A DNA stretch of 64,000 bases from Polyangiales bacterium (GTDB taxonomy: Bacteria; Myxococcota_A; Polyangia; Polyangiales; Polyangiaceae): the NCBI GenBank assembly GCA_038230375.1, contig JBBRNJ010000033.1, positions 22,232-86,231 on the forward strand, read 5' to 3'. Numbering within the stretch: the first letter of the stretch is position 1; each line of letters starts with the position of its first letter. Below the pieces are notes generated by a model. That model worked only from the letters and a program-made list of their open reading frames with translations. It did not search any database and was not told where the DNA came from. The position numbers were made by a program, and so were the translations under genes. Of the stretch, positions 1-9,466 are shown one piece after another.

Positions 1-1364
1 TCCGAGGCCTCCTCCTGCACGTTCCCGCCCTGCGCTTCCTTGGCGCCCAGGTGGTCGCGCACGAGGCCCGCGACGATGCGTTCCGCGTCCGGATGCGTGA
101 GCAATCGACGCGCGAGCGCGAGGTCGGTGGGCTCCACGGGGCGCAGCGCGAATGCATCCGCGAAGAACTGGACGATGTCCGCCTCCGCGCGCGTCGCGAG
201 CTCGCCCTTGCTCGGAAGCTGCTTCTCGATCGGGCGGATCTTGTAGGTCAGACGCAGCAGGTAGAGGTTGCCGACGTCCTTGGGCCCGACGATCGAGATC
301 GCAGTGCCCGTACGACCTGCGCGGCCAGTGCGGCCGGTACGGTGGACGTACGCCTCCGCGTTCTCGGGGAAATCCGCGTTGAACACGTGCGTGAGGTGCG
401 AGACGTCGATGCCGCGCGCCGCCACGTCGGTCGCAACGAGGAAGCGGAGCTTGCCTTCGCGTGTGGCCTGCATGATGCGCTCGCGCTCGCGCTGCTCGAG
501 GTCGCCGTTGAGCCAGTCGGCGTCGTAGCCGCGCACCTTCAGGTACTCGGCGAGCTTCTCGGTCTCGTCCTTGGTGTTGCAGAAGAGGATCGCGCTCTCG
601 GGATCTTCGACCTCGAGGACCTTCACGATGTCGGCGCGCTTGTCGATGCCGCCGCCGCGCGTGAGGTAGATGAAGTGCTTGACGCTGAGCGCGCCGACCG
701 AGTCGGACGACAGCGTGATGTACTCCGGATCCTTGAGCTGCGCGTTCGCGAGGCGCTCGATGTCCGGCGGGATGGTGGCCGAGAAATACAGGCCCTGGCG
801 GTCCTTCGGCAGGAACGCGACGATGGCGTGGAGCTCCTTCGCGAAGCCCATCGAAAGCATCTCGTCCGCCTCGTCCAGGACGAAGATGCGGATGCTGCTC
901 GGGTCCATGGTGCCGCGACGAAGGTGATCGAGCACGCGTCCTGGCGTACCGACGATGATCTGCGCGCCGGCAGCGAGCTCCTCGATCTGCTTTCCCATGG
1001 GGGCGCCGCCGTAGACGCTCATCACCTTGGTGCCGCGGAACTCGGAGAGGCGGATGAGCTCTCGGCCGACCTGCAGCGCGAGCTCACGCGTGGGCACCAG
1101 GACGAGCGCCTGCGCCTTGTCGACCGACTTCTTCACGAGCGCGTCGATGATGGGAAGGCCGAACGCGCAGGTCTTTCCCGTGCCGGTCCGGGCCTGGACG
1201 ACCAGGCTCTTGCCGCGGCTCGCGGGCTCGAAGCACGCCACCTGTACCGGCGTGGGGTTCTTGTACCCGAGACCGTCGATGGCCTTGCGGATGTCGGCGC
1301 TCAGCGCGAGCGCATCGAAAGTGGGCGGCGCCTTGGGCTCAACTGTCTCGTCGGTCTGCTGCAT
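1..1364 (-). CDS. DEAD-box ATP-dependent RNA helicase (3' end runs off the window)
   Basis: Not in the ORF track. Manual minus-strand translation from ATG at 1364 gives MQQTDETVEPKAPPTFDALAL..PTPVQ..ARTGTGKT..PTRELA..VLDEADEM..FSAT..HRTGRTGRAG, i.e. Q motif and motifs I, Ia, II, III and VI. Confidence 0.95.
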   Translation of the reverse strand, partial: MQQTDETVEPKAPPTFDALALSADIRKAIDGLGYKNPTPVQVACFEPASRGKSLVVQARTGTGKTCAFGLPIIDALVKKSVDKAQALVLVPTRELALQVGRELIRLSEFRGTKVMSVYGGAPMGKQIEELAAGAQIIVGTPGRVLDHLRRGTMDPSSIRIFVLDEADEMLSMGFAKELHAIVAFLPKDRQGLYFSATIPPDIERLANAQLKDPEYITLSSDSVGALSVKHFIYLTRGGGIDKRADIVKVLEVEDPESAILFCNTKDETEKLAEYLKVRGYDADWLNGDLEQRERERIMQATREGKLRFLVATDVAARGIDVSHLTHVFNADFPENAEAYVHRTGRTGRAGRTGTAISIVGPKDVGNLYLLRLTYKIRPIEKQLPSKGELATRAEADIVQFFADAFALRPVEPTDLALARRLLTHPDAERIVAGLVRDHLGAKEAQGGNVQEEAS

Positions 1365-1392
1365 GCGGGACCGCTTCTACCGCAGTTCCCCG

Positions 1393-1599
1393 TCATTTTT
1401 CGCCAAAAACGTTGCCAAAAACGTTAACGGCGAAGTTGTAGACGGTGGTGAGCACGAACCAGGCGCCGAATACCACCATGATCACGGTCCCGACCTGGCG
1501 TCCTTTGCGCCCTGCGAGAGCGATGCGCTCTTCCTCGGCGCTCCTGGGCGGGGAATCGTCTGCGTCGCCGTCGGCCCGCCCGTCTGTGTCTTCGCTCAC
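1393..1599 (-). CDS. Small single-pass membrane protein, hypothetical
   Basis: 68 aa with an acidic N-terminus and one hydrophobic helix (VGTVIMVVFGAWFVLTTVYNFAV). Fills the gap between the helicase and the SDR. Confidence 0.55.
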   Translation of the reverse strand: MSEDTDGRADGDADDSPPRSAEEERIALAGRKGRQVGTVIMVVFGAWFVLTTVYNFAVNVFGNVFGEK

Positions 1600-1647
1600 G
1601 CGAGAATCTTTTGCTCTCTTTCACACATTGGTCAATTCTCCCGTGCG

Positions 1648-2454
1648 ATGACCTCACAGAAAGTGCTCAGCGGGAAGGTGGCGTGGGTGACGGGCGGCGG
1701 CCGCGGGATCGGGCGGAGCATCGCGCTTCTGCTGGCCGCCAGAGGGGCGCAGGTCGTCGTCACCGGACGTGACGAGCGGAAGATCGCGGAGGTGGTCGGC
1801 GAGATCGCGAACGGCGGCGGCAAGGCGCGCCACCTCAAGGCCGACGTCCGGGACCCGGCGTCGTCACGCGCTGCGGTCGAGCTCGCGCACACGGCGTTCG
1901 GGGGCCTCGACATCGTCGTCGCGGGGGCCGGCGTGTCGGGGCGCGTGCCGCTCGGTCGCGCAGGCGGGGAGGGGGAGGCGGACCTCGAGCGCGCCCGTGC
2001 GATCTTCGAGACCAACCTACTCGGTGCATATTACACGTTTCAGGCAGCGGTCCCCGCGGTGCGCGCGGGCGGTCGACTGATTGCGATCTCGTCGGTGCTC
2101 GGCAAGTTCGGCGTGCCTGGCTACGCCGCGTACTGCGCGAGCAAGTCGGGCGTGCTCGGGCTGGTGCGCGCGACCGCCCACGAGGTGGCGGACCGGAAGA
2201 TCACCTGCAACGCCGTGGTCCCGGGCTGGGTCGACACGGACATGGCGACGGAGGGCCTTGCGGAGATCGCGCGCGGTGCTGGCGTCACGGCCGCACAGGC
2301 GAAGGCGGACGCCGTCAAGGCCTTCCCGCTCGGCCGCTTCATCGAGCCGGACGAGATCGCAGGGTTCGTCGCATTTCTGGTCGGCCCCGACGCTGCGGCG
2401 ATCACCGGCCAGGCGCTCTCCATGTGCGGTGGAGCAACGGCGTTCGGCGGTTGA
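1648..2454 (+). CDS. SDR family NAD(P)-dependent oxidoreductase
   Basis: TGGGRGIG, YCASK (YxxxK), VVPGWVDT, ITGQ. Start moved to ATG 1648. Confidence 0.92.
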   Translation: MTSQKVLSGKVAWVTGGGRGIGRSIALLLAARGAQVVVTGRDERKIAEVVGEIANGGGKARHLKADVRDPASSRAAVELAHTAFGGLDIVVAGAGVSGRVPLGRAGGEGEADLERARAIFETNLLGAYYTFQAAVPAVRAGGRLIAISSVLGKFGVPGYAAYCASKSGVLGLVRATAHEVADRKITCNAVVPGWVDTDMATEGLAEIARGAGVTAAQAKADAVKAFPLGRFIEPDEIAGFVAFLVGPDAAAITGQALSMCGGATAFGG

Positions 2455-2485
2455 GGGCCCCCGTTTTTCGGGCGCTTTTCCTTGC

Positions 2486-2534
2486 TTGACTGCCCCGGGA
2501 GGGGCCCCTACATACTCTTCAAAAGTATTTGAAG
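2486..2534 (+). promoter_or_regulatory. Sigma70-like promoter with overlapping palindromic operator
   Basis: TTGACT (2486-2491), 17 nt, TACATA(CT) (2509-2516), then perfect inverted repeat CTTCAAA-agta-TTTGAAG (2517-2534), AT-rich in a GC-rich background. Confidence 0.7.
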
Positions 2535-2586
2535 GATTCGACGGTGCCGGTCACACGGCCCCGCGGAGAGCTCGAAGAAGAGGCCG

Positions 2587-3618
2587 ATGCACCCTGCTGC
2601 CGCATTCAATCTGCTCGAACAAGCCGCCGACGGACGCGTTCAGGAGAAGACGCGCGCGCGGCTCATGGACGCGGCCAAGGTCGTCGGTGAGCCGTTCCTG
2701 CGCGTGGAGGCGGAGGTCGCCCGGCTCTCGCAGGTCGGCGCTGCGCCCGGGACGCAGGCAGCTGCGCATCTGGTCGCGGGCGGAGGCAAGCGCGTTCGCC
2801 CGCTGTCCACGCTGCTCGCATGCGCGTGCTTTGGTGACATCACTCCGGCCGCAGAGCAGCTCGCCACCGCGGCGGAGCTCATTCATGCGGCCACGCTGCT
2901 CCACGACGACGTGATCGACGACGGCAGCGAGCGACGCGGGGTCCCGACTGCGCGCCGGATCTACGGCAATGCGGTCAGCGTGCTCGCAGGTGATCTGTTG
3001 CTGGTGCATGCGCTCGAGCAGGTCAGCAAGACGGGCCAGCGCGATGCGCTCTCCTCGCTGTTCGTCACGCTGCGCACGCTCGTGGACGGTGAGGTGGTGC
3101 AGCTGCGCGGGCGGACTCTCCTTGACCCCACGGAAGAGACCTACCTTCGCATCGTGAAGGACAAGACCGCATCACTCTTCGTGTGGGCGCTCACTGCGGG
3201 CGCGCGCGCGGGCGGGGCGGCGCCGCAGGACATCGAGCGGTTCGCGGAGTTTGGTGCGCACCTCGGCGTGGCGTTCCAGCTCGTGGATGACGTCATCGAC
3301 TACGCGTCCCCGCCGGAGCTGAGCGGGAAGAAGCTCTGCGCGGACCTGCTCGAGGGCAAGCTCACGCTGCCCCTCATCCTGGCCATGCGAGAAGAAGAGT
3401 CCCTGATCACGCTGGTGTCGCGGCTGCGCGCCGGTGAGACGGAGCTAGGCCCGAAGATCGCTGAGCGCGTGCGTGGGTCGCGCGCCATCGCGGACGCGCG
3501 CGCCCGTGCCGAGGCGGAGACCAAGCTCGCGGCGGACGCACTGTCCACGATCCCCCCATCGCATGCGCGCACGCTGTTGCTCGGCGTCGCCACGGAGCTA
3601 GCCGGTCGTGCCAGCTGA
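2587..3618 (+). CDS. Polyprenyl diphosphate synthase (IspB/HepT-like, long-chain)
   Basis: GGKRVRP, first Asp-rich motif LLHDDVID..RRG, KTA, second motif FQLVDDVID, DLLEGKLTLP. Confidence 0.93.
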   Translation: MHPAAAFNLLEQAADGRVQEKTRARLMDAAKVVGEPFLRVEAEVARLSQVGAAPGTQAAAHLVAGGGKRVRPLSTLLACACFGDITPAAEQLATAAELIHAATLLHDDVIDDGSERRGVPTARRIYGNAVSVLAGDLLLVHALEQVSKTGQRDALSSLFVTLRTLVDGEVVQLRGRTLLDPTEETYLRIVKDKTASLFVWALTAGARAGGAAPQDIERFAEFGAHLGVAFQLVDDVIDYASPPELSGKKLCADLLEGKLTLPLILAMREEESLITLVSRLRAGETELGPKIAERVRGSRAIADARARAEAETKLAADALSTIPPSHARTLLLGVATELAGRAS

Positions 3619-3645
3619 ATCTTTGCTAGACCGGAGAGGTGAGCC

Positions 3646-4221
3646 GTGACGAAGGAAACACATACACTCTGGCCCAGCGAGGCCGCCGTCAGCGACGTCG
3701 TGGGCCGGCTCATGGAGTTCTGGGGATTCAAGCGAAACATGGGCCGCATCTGGGCGGTCCTCTACCTCTCGGTGGAGCCACGCTCTGCGGAGGATCTGCG
3801 CGAGACGTTGAAGCTGTCATCGGGCGCGGTCAGCATGACGCTCTCGGAGCTCCTGCGGTGGGGCGTCGTTCGCAAGGTGTGGGTACAGGGTGAGCGCAAG
3901 GACTTCTACACGGCGGAGGTGCAGCTTTGGCGCATGATCTCCCGCGTGTTCTCCGAGCGCGAGCGGTCGGAGATCAAGTTCGCCATCGAGGCGTTCGAGG
4001 AGGCGCTGGCGGAGCTCGAGGTGCTCAAGCGCTCGGACGACGAGAAGACCCGCGAGCGGGCAACGTTGCAGTATGCACGCATCGCGCAGCTGCTGGAGCT
4101 GTCGCGGCTGGGTCAGAAGCTGCTCGACGCGCTCCTTGCCACGGCGAAGCTGGACGCGGAGCCGCTCGTTCGCTTCCTGCTCGGGCGCGACAAGGCGCGT
4201 TCGCCCTCGCATCCTTCCTGA
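3646..4221 (+). CDS. GbsR/MarR-family winged-helix transcriptional regulator
   Basis: WGFKRNMGRIWAVLYL..L..LSSGAVSMTLSELLRWGVV..GERKDFY, typical of the GbsR subfamily. GGAGAGG SD before the GTG start. Confidence 0.85.
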   Translation: MTKETHTLWPSEAAVSDVVGRLMEFWGFKRNMGRIWAVLYLSVEPRSAEDLRETLKLSSGAVSMTLSELLRWGVVRKVWVQGERKDFYTAEVQLWRMISRVFSERERSEIKFAIEAFEEALAELEVLKRSDDEKTRERATLQYARIAQLLELSRLGQKLLDALLATAKLDAEPLVRFLLGRDKARSPSHPS

Positions 4222-5648
4222 TCGGCCTGACGAACGCGCGGGCGGATACGGCCGCTCCATCGCAGGCGGGCACGGTCGTCGCGCCCATCACGAAGAACGA
4301 CTATGCGCTGGAGCTCTTTCAGGGGCCGGTGCTCGCGCCCAGCCGCGTGCTCGGGCTCGCGGGCGCGTACACGGCGTACGGTGAGGGCGTGGAGGGCGTC
4401 GCCACGAACGCCGCATCGCCCGCCGTGCGCGAGATCTACAGCACGGACTGGTGGACGCTCGACATCTCCCCGAGCGTCTCACTCCCCGGCGGCTATGCAG
4501 GAACGGACTTCGACAACCGCGGCAACACGAATCCGGATCTGGTGTCGCGCACGAATCACTTCCTGTTCGCGTCCATCGGCGCGCGCGTGCAGGCGGGCTC
4601 GCTCGGCGTCGCGGTCACGGGTGAGCTCCTTCGCTACGACGTGACCGATCCGAAGCCGAACCAGCCCGGGCTCGCGCTCGCGTACGGTCGCTACCACGCC
4701 GTCGTCGCGTATGGATTCTGGAACAACCAGGTGATCGTCGGCGGCGGACTCCGCGCGGTCACGCTCGCGCTCACGCAGTCCAATGGCTCTCTCACCGGGG
4801 TGGTCACGGACAAGGTGATCCTGACGCAGGCGGGCGCCTCTCCGGAGGGCGGCGTCATCATCAAGCCCAACGACTCGCCGTACCGCATCGGCGCGACGAT
4901 CCGCGCGCCCGTGGAGACCGGGCTCTTCCAGTCGCTGAACAAGCAGGCCGCATCGTTCGACGGCGTGAGCCGCGCCGAGAGCTACATCCTGCCGCGAGCT
5001 GTCGTCCAGCCGTGGGAGATCGAGGCAGGGTTCGCGTGGCAGCTGGGCCCGCGCCCGCTGAATCCCGCGTGGGTGAATCCGCACGAGGAAGAGACCGCGG
5101 CCCGCGCACGCATCGACAGCCTGCGCCGGCAGCGGGCGGACGCGATCGCCGTTGCAGCCACGCGCGCAGAGCGTCGTCGCCTGTTCGAGGCAGACCGGCT
5201 GGAGCGCGTCGAAGAAGATCGCGATCTGGCGAACGAAGCGGCGCGGCTTCTCGACATCCGCAAGGCGCGCTACGCGAACTGGCCGCGCGAAAAGCTCCTG
5301 GTGCTCGGCAGCGTGCTCATGAGCGGCGCCAGCCATGAAGCCGTCGCGCTAGAGGGCTTCCTCGATCAGAAGCGAGAGATCGTGGGTCGCAGTGTGGTGC
5401 TCACGCCACGCGCCGGCGTGGAAGCGGAGCCCGTCGACAACCGTATGCGCATCCGCCTGGGTGGCTACATCGAGCCCACGCGCTTCGACAACGGAAGCAT
5501 CCGCCAGCACTTCACGTTCGGAGGAGACATCAAGCTCTTCAACTTCGACGTCCTCGGCCTCTTCCCGAATCCCTGGCAGCTCCAGTTCATCCTCGACGCG
5601 GCCCCTCGCTACACGAACTACGGCATCGGCATCGGAGCCTGGCACTGA
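4218..5648 (+). CDS. Hypothetical exported, probable outer-membrane beta-barrel protein (start uncertain)
   Basis: Good coding frame. N-terminal SRVLGLAGAYTAYGEGVEG..NAASPA resembles the FadL/PorV-type plug. Amphipathic beta strands and an aromatic C-terminus (YGIGIGAWH). No ATG or GTG at the expected start. Confidence 0.6.
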   Translation: MIGLTNARADTAAPSQAGTVVAPITKNDYALELFQGPVLAPSRVLGLAGAYTAYGEGVEGVATNAASPAVREIYSTDWWTLDISPSVSLPGGYAGTDFDNRGNTNPDLVSRTNHFLFASIGARVQAGSLGVAVTGELLRYDVTDPKPNQPGLALAYGRYHAVVAYGFWNNQVIVGGGLRAVTLALTQSNGSLTGVVTDKVILTQAGASPEGGVIIKPNDSPYRIGATIRAPVETGLFQSLNKQAASFDGVSRAESYILPRAVVQPWEIEAGFAWQLGPRPLNPAWVNPHEEETAARARIDSLRRQRADAIAVAATRAERRRLFEADRLERVEEDRDLANEAARLLDIRKARYANWPREKLLVLGSVLMSGASHEAVALEGFLDQKREIVGRSVVLTPRAGVEAEPVDNRMRIRLGGYIEPTRFDNGSIRQHFTFGGDIKLFNFDVLGLFPNPWQLQFILDAAPRYTNYGIGIGAWH

Positions 5649-5736
5649 AACAGCATCGCTGTTTTCTCATTGGGGGCGACCCGCGCTGCGCTGCACGTTG
5701 GCGCGCGTGCCCGACGTCCTTCTTGATGAAGCTCGC

Positions 5737-6759
5737 TCAGTTGAGGTGCTTCTTGTCGTCTGGGTTTTTCTTTTCGCGATCTAGGAAGACGGTGGTGATT
5801 TCGCGTTCTAGGGCTTGTTGGAGCTCTAGCTCTACGCGTTCCAGTATTCCGGCCGCTCGTTCGACGTTGCGCTGATAGACGAAGAGGCGGGCGTAGAGGC
5901 TTGCGGGCTCTCCGATGAGCAGCGTGGGATCTTCCATCGGTGGCGCGTCGAGGATCATGAGGGCTCGCGGGTCGACGCCATCCACGACCAGCTCCGCGCC
6001 GGGCAGGTCCACCACGTACACCTCCGCGTGGCGTACGTAGCGACCGAGGATCGCATCCAGGTTCTGCACCACGCGCCGCACGCTCTGCGAGAACGCGTCG
6101 GGCGAGGGCGCCCACAGCGGCGGCGCACGCAACAGGTCGGTGCTGCGCGCACGCAGGAACGACTCCACGGCGCCCTTGGGATCGCCCAGCTCTTCCCGGA
6201 CCAGGCCCACGTAGTAGTGCGCGTCGGGGTGCTCCGGATCCTTCTTCGCCGCGTCCTCGAGGAGGGGACGTGCCTGCTCCGCATCGCCCATCTCGTAATA
6301 CGCGCGACCAATGAGGAACGTGTAGGCCGGGTTCTCCGGCGGCGGCTCAGGCAGCTCCAGCATGCAGTGCTTTGCGCCGGTCAGGTCGCCCTTGCCCAGA
6401 TATGCGTCCACCTTGAGCAGGATGCAGTCGCAGATCTCTGCGGGGGTCTCCGCGTACTCCAGCGCGTCGTCGCAGAGGCCGATCGACTCGTCCCAGTCGC
6501 CGAGCGGATTCATGCAGAGCTCGGCGCAGTTGAGCATCGCCTCGAAGTACGTCTCGTCGAGCGCGATCGCCTGACGATAGTGCTCGAGCGCCTCCTCCGA
6601 ATCGCCGTTCAGTGCGGTCGTGTAGCCAAGGAGGTTGTGCACCTCCGGCGACTCCGGATCGATCTCGAGCGCACGCCTCGCGCACGCGATCGCACCCGGG
6701 GCATCACCCTTCTGGGCGAGGTCCCAACCGCGGTCGAGGTGCGCTGTCAGCTGGTCCAT
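5737..6759 (-). CDS. TPR protein with C-terminal degenerate zincin-like domain
   Basis: Several TPR helices (PEVHNLLGY..ALEHYRQAIALD, PDAHYYVGLV). The C-terminus LFVYQRNVER..ELQQALEREI is Zincin_1-like but lacks HExxH. Confidence 0.8.
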   Translation of the reverse strand: MDQLTAHLDRGWDLAQKGDAPGAIACARRALEIDPESPEVHNLLGYTTALNGDSEEALEHYRQAIALDETYFEAMLNCAELCMNPLGDWDESIGLCDDALEYAETPAEICDCILLKVDAYLGKGDLTGAKHCMLELPEPPPENPAYTFLIGRAYYEMGDAEQARPLLEDAAKKDPEHPDAHYYVGLVREELGDPKGAVESFLRARSTDLLRAPPLWAPSPDAFSQSVRRVVQNLDAILGRYVRHAEVYVVDLPGAELVVDGVDPRALMILDAPPMEDPTLLIGEPASLYARLFVYQRNVERAAGILERVELELQQALEREITTVFLDREKKNPDDKKHLN

Positions 6760-6961
6760 CGAAGACCTTCTACTTTGCGCATCTATCCTGGTACGTCAAG
6801 GTGCGTTAGCGGCCGCGCCTCCTCAAGCGGCAGCGGCAGCGGCGGCGGCTCCGCCCAACTCGTGCCGCTCGTCGCTCCGTTTCCTCCTGCCATCGCACCA
6901 CCATCGCCACGACGCGGATCGCGATGCAGGGTGCATGGGTCACCCACTGGAGGAACCACTC

Positions 6962-7633
6962 ATGTCGAACTGGATTGGAACACGCACACTCTCTCTGCTT
7001 GTCTCGTCCGCGCTGGTGCTCGTACCGGGCATCGCGTGCGCACAGAGCTCACCCGAATCGGCGCCGAGCGAGAAGACAGCATCGAGCACCGAACGCCCTC
7101 GCGCCGCCGCATCAGGCTCCACGTCGCTCGGCGTGTACTCGGGCCTTGGCTATCTCGGCATTCGCGACGTCAACGGCGGCGCGTTCCTGGTGGGCAGTCG
7201 CCTCGCCGTGGGCCGACACGCCGCGTTCAGCTTCGACTTCGGCTGGGGTGCGCTGAAGCTGACGGACTCACCCGCGGTGCAGGATCGATGGTGGCTGATG
7301 CCGTCGGCTGCGTTCGTGATACCGGTCGGCCCCGCGCGGATCGATCTCGGTGTCGGGCTCGGCGTTGCAACCACCTCGGGCTACGACTCCTCGTCGACGT
7401 TCCTCGCCGCGCCGTTCGATCCGAAATGGGCCTTCCAGCTCGTCCCTGCAGGCCGCCTTCAAGCCGTCGTGATGGTCCCCGTGACCGAGCACGTGGACAT
7501 CTTCGCGCGCCCGGAGACAGGCATGCTGTTCGGCGCCGGGACCGCCGGCCTCCACAAGGGCAACGAGGATCCGCCGCTTCGCGACGTGAGCTGGGCCGCG
7601 CTCTTCATCGGCGCGCACTACCGGGCGTGGTGA
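6962..7633 (+). CDS. Hypothetical secreted/outer-membrane beta-barrel protein
   Basis: GGAGGAA SD, signal peptide ending IACA/Q, alternating beta strands, C-terminus IGAHYRAW. Confidence 0.7.
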   Translation: MSNWIGTRTLSLLVSSALVLVPGIACAQSSPESAPSEKTASSTERPRAAASGSTSLGVYSGLGYLGIRDVNGGAFLVGSRLAVGRHAAFSFDFGWGALKLTDSPAVQDRWWLMPSAAFVIPVGPARIDLGVGLGVATTSGYDSSSTFLAAPFDPKWAFQLVPAGRLQAVVMVPVTEHVDIFARPETGMLFGAGTAGLHKGNEDPPLRDVSWAALFIGAHYRAW

Positions 7634-7642
7634 CCAGCCGGC

Positions 7643-9466
7643 CTAGCGCGCTTCGCCGTGCACGACGACGCGCGTGCCGGGATGTTCGGTCGTCGACATC
7701 ACGCCGTGCCAGCCTTCCGGCAGGTGCGGCTCCGTCCAACCGAACATCGCCTTCGCATCGAGCGGCGAGAGGTTCACGCAGCCGTGGCTCTGGGTGTGCC
7801 CCCAGTTGCCGTGCCAGAAGGCGCCGTGCAGCGCGTAGCTGCCGTTGAAGTACATGATCCACGGCACGTCCTCGATCGAGTACGGACTGTCGGACGCGAC
7901 GTCGCCGTCCATCGTCGCGGCAATGTGCTTCTCGCGGATGCGGAACGTGCCGGGCGGCGTGGGGTGATCCTTTTCCTTGTCCTCGAAGTTACGCTTGCCG
8001 GTGGAGACGAGCGTTGCGTACACGGGGTTCGTTCCCTCGAACGCGACCATGGTCTCGGTCGTCAGGTTCACGTCGACCCACTTCTCGCCAGGCGCCAGGT
8101 CGGACGGGGGAGCGCCCGGATCCGTGTGCGTGCCTTCGTTGCCGCGCATCCACCAGTTGTCCTCGGTCTCGTCGTAGCGCAGGCCACCGATCACGACGGA
8201 GTCGCCCGTGAGGCGCACCGGCGTGAAGCGCGACACGGAGTCGCCCGGGTTCACGTGCTTGTGATCGACCGACACGATGTACTTCTTCGCGCGCGGATAA
8301 AGGACGAATCCGAGGCCCGGCCACTTGGCGGGCTTGCCCTCCGCCTTCTCATCGGCCGTCGGCGCCTGGCCCGCATCGCCCATCTTGGAGGGCAGGTCGC
8401 GTAGCCACACGCCGTGGTACTCGCTCACCGGCTTCTGCACGTAGATGCGATCGTACGGTGCGAGCATCCCGCCGACCGTCTTCCACCAGCGCGTGCCGCC
8501 GCCGGGGACTTCCTTGTCGAGCGCAAGGTAGAAGCCCTTCACCATGCGTCGCGCGACCGGGCCTTCGCCCTTCAGGTCGTCCAGGGTGATCCCTTGCGGC
8601 TTGCCGCCGTCGTAATCGCGCAGGTACCACGGCACGGCGACGCCGGCGTCGTACGGGTTTTCCTCGAGCATCATGCGGCCATCGCGACCGTCCGAACTTC
8701 CGCCGCGTGCAGTCGCGAAGAACACGCCCGCGTCCATCATGTCTTCGGCGCCGCCCATGGGGATGGGGATGGCCGTGACGACGGTGGCGGGAGACGCAGG
8801 GGTGGCCGCGGTGTCGGCGTCCTCGCGCGGCTTCGGCGGCGCCTTCTTCTTGTTGAGCCACGGCTCGAGCTGCAGGCGCTCCTCGCGCGAAGGGATGTGC
8901 CGGTAGAGCGGCGTGCCGTTCGCGACGTTGTACCCGTACTGGTAGGGCAGGGCGGAGGTCATGTCCGGCAGGTGCGGCGCGATCTTGAAGCGCGGGTGGT
9001 TGAGGTCGATCGATGCGTACTTGCCGCAGACGAAGCCGCCCGACACGAGCTCGTACCAGCCCTCTGCGCAGTTCGATTTCTTGTGCGCCTCGGGGAGGAC
9101 GGGAACTTTTGCGCCCTGTCGCATGTATCCAAGGCGGACCACCTTGTCGCGCGGATCGTCGCTCTTCGCCCGCTTCCTTGCGTCGTCGGCATCGCCCGGC
9201 GGCCGCGGCCACTCCATGTCGCTCATGATGGGCGTCTGCAGGAAGAGCGCGCCGGCGTACGGACCGGTCCACTCGGCGCCCGCGTCCAGGTCATCCTTGC
9301 CGTTCGCGCCTGCATCGAGCGCGGCGCTGCTGTTCGTGACGCCAGGGTTGTTCTGGGTCGCGACCCTGGGTGCGGGCGGGGTCGTGCTGGTGCCTGATTC
9401 TCCGCAGGCAACAGCCGCGGAGCAAACGAGGGTGCCTAGCAGGACGGGTAGGGCCGATCGACGCAT
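7643..9466 (-). CDS. L,D-transpeptidase (YkuD domain) lipoprotein
   Basis: Lipobox AVAC at the N-terminus. C-terminal VSTG..TPPGTF..ALHGAFWH..SHGCVNL catalytic motif. Confidence 0.9.
   Translation of the reverse strand: MRRSALPVLLGTLVCSAAVACGESGTSTTPPAPRVATQNNPGVTNSSAALDAGANGKDDLDAGAEWTGPYAGALFLQTPIMSDMEWPRPPGDADDARKRAKSDDPRDKVVRLGYMRQGAKVPVLPEAHKKSNCAEGWYELVSGGFVCGKYASIDLNHPRFKIAPHLPDMTSALPYQYGYNVANGTPLYRHIPSREERLQLEPWLNKKKAPPKPREDADTAATPASPATVVTAIPIPMGGAEDMMDAGVFFATARGGSSDGRDGRMMLEENPYDAGVAVPWYLRDYDGGKPQGITLDDLKGEGPVARRMVKGFYLALDKEVPGGGTRWWKTVGGMLAPYDRIYVQKPVSEYHGVWLRDLPSKMGDAGQAPTADEKAEGKPAKWPGLGFVLYPRAKKYIVSVDHKHVNPGDSVSRFTPVRLTGDSVVIGGLRYDETEDNWWMRGNEGTHTDPGAPPSDLAPGEKWVDVNLTTETMVAFEGTNPVYATLVSTGKRNFEDKEKDHPTPPGTFRIREKHIAATMDGDVASDSPYSIEDVPWIMYFNGSYALHGAFWHGNWGHTQSHGCVNLSPLDAKAMFGWTEPHLPEGWHGVMSTTEHPGTRVVVHGEAR

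Noticed and set aside
51..1427. 458-aa + strand ORF
   Set aside because: Antisense shadow of the DEAD-box helicase, which carries all conserved motifs on the - strand.
5740..5860. A-rich gene end as a DGR variable or template region
   Set aside because: No second copy and no reverse transcriptase in the window.
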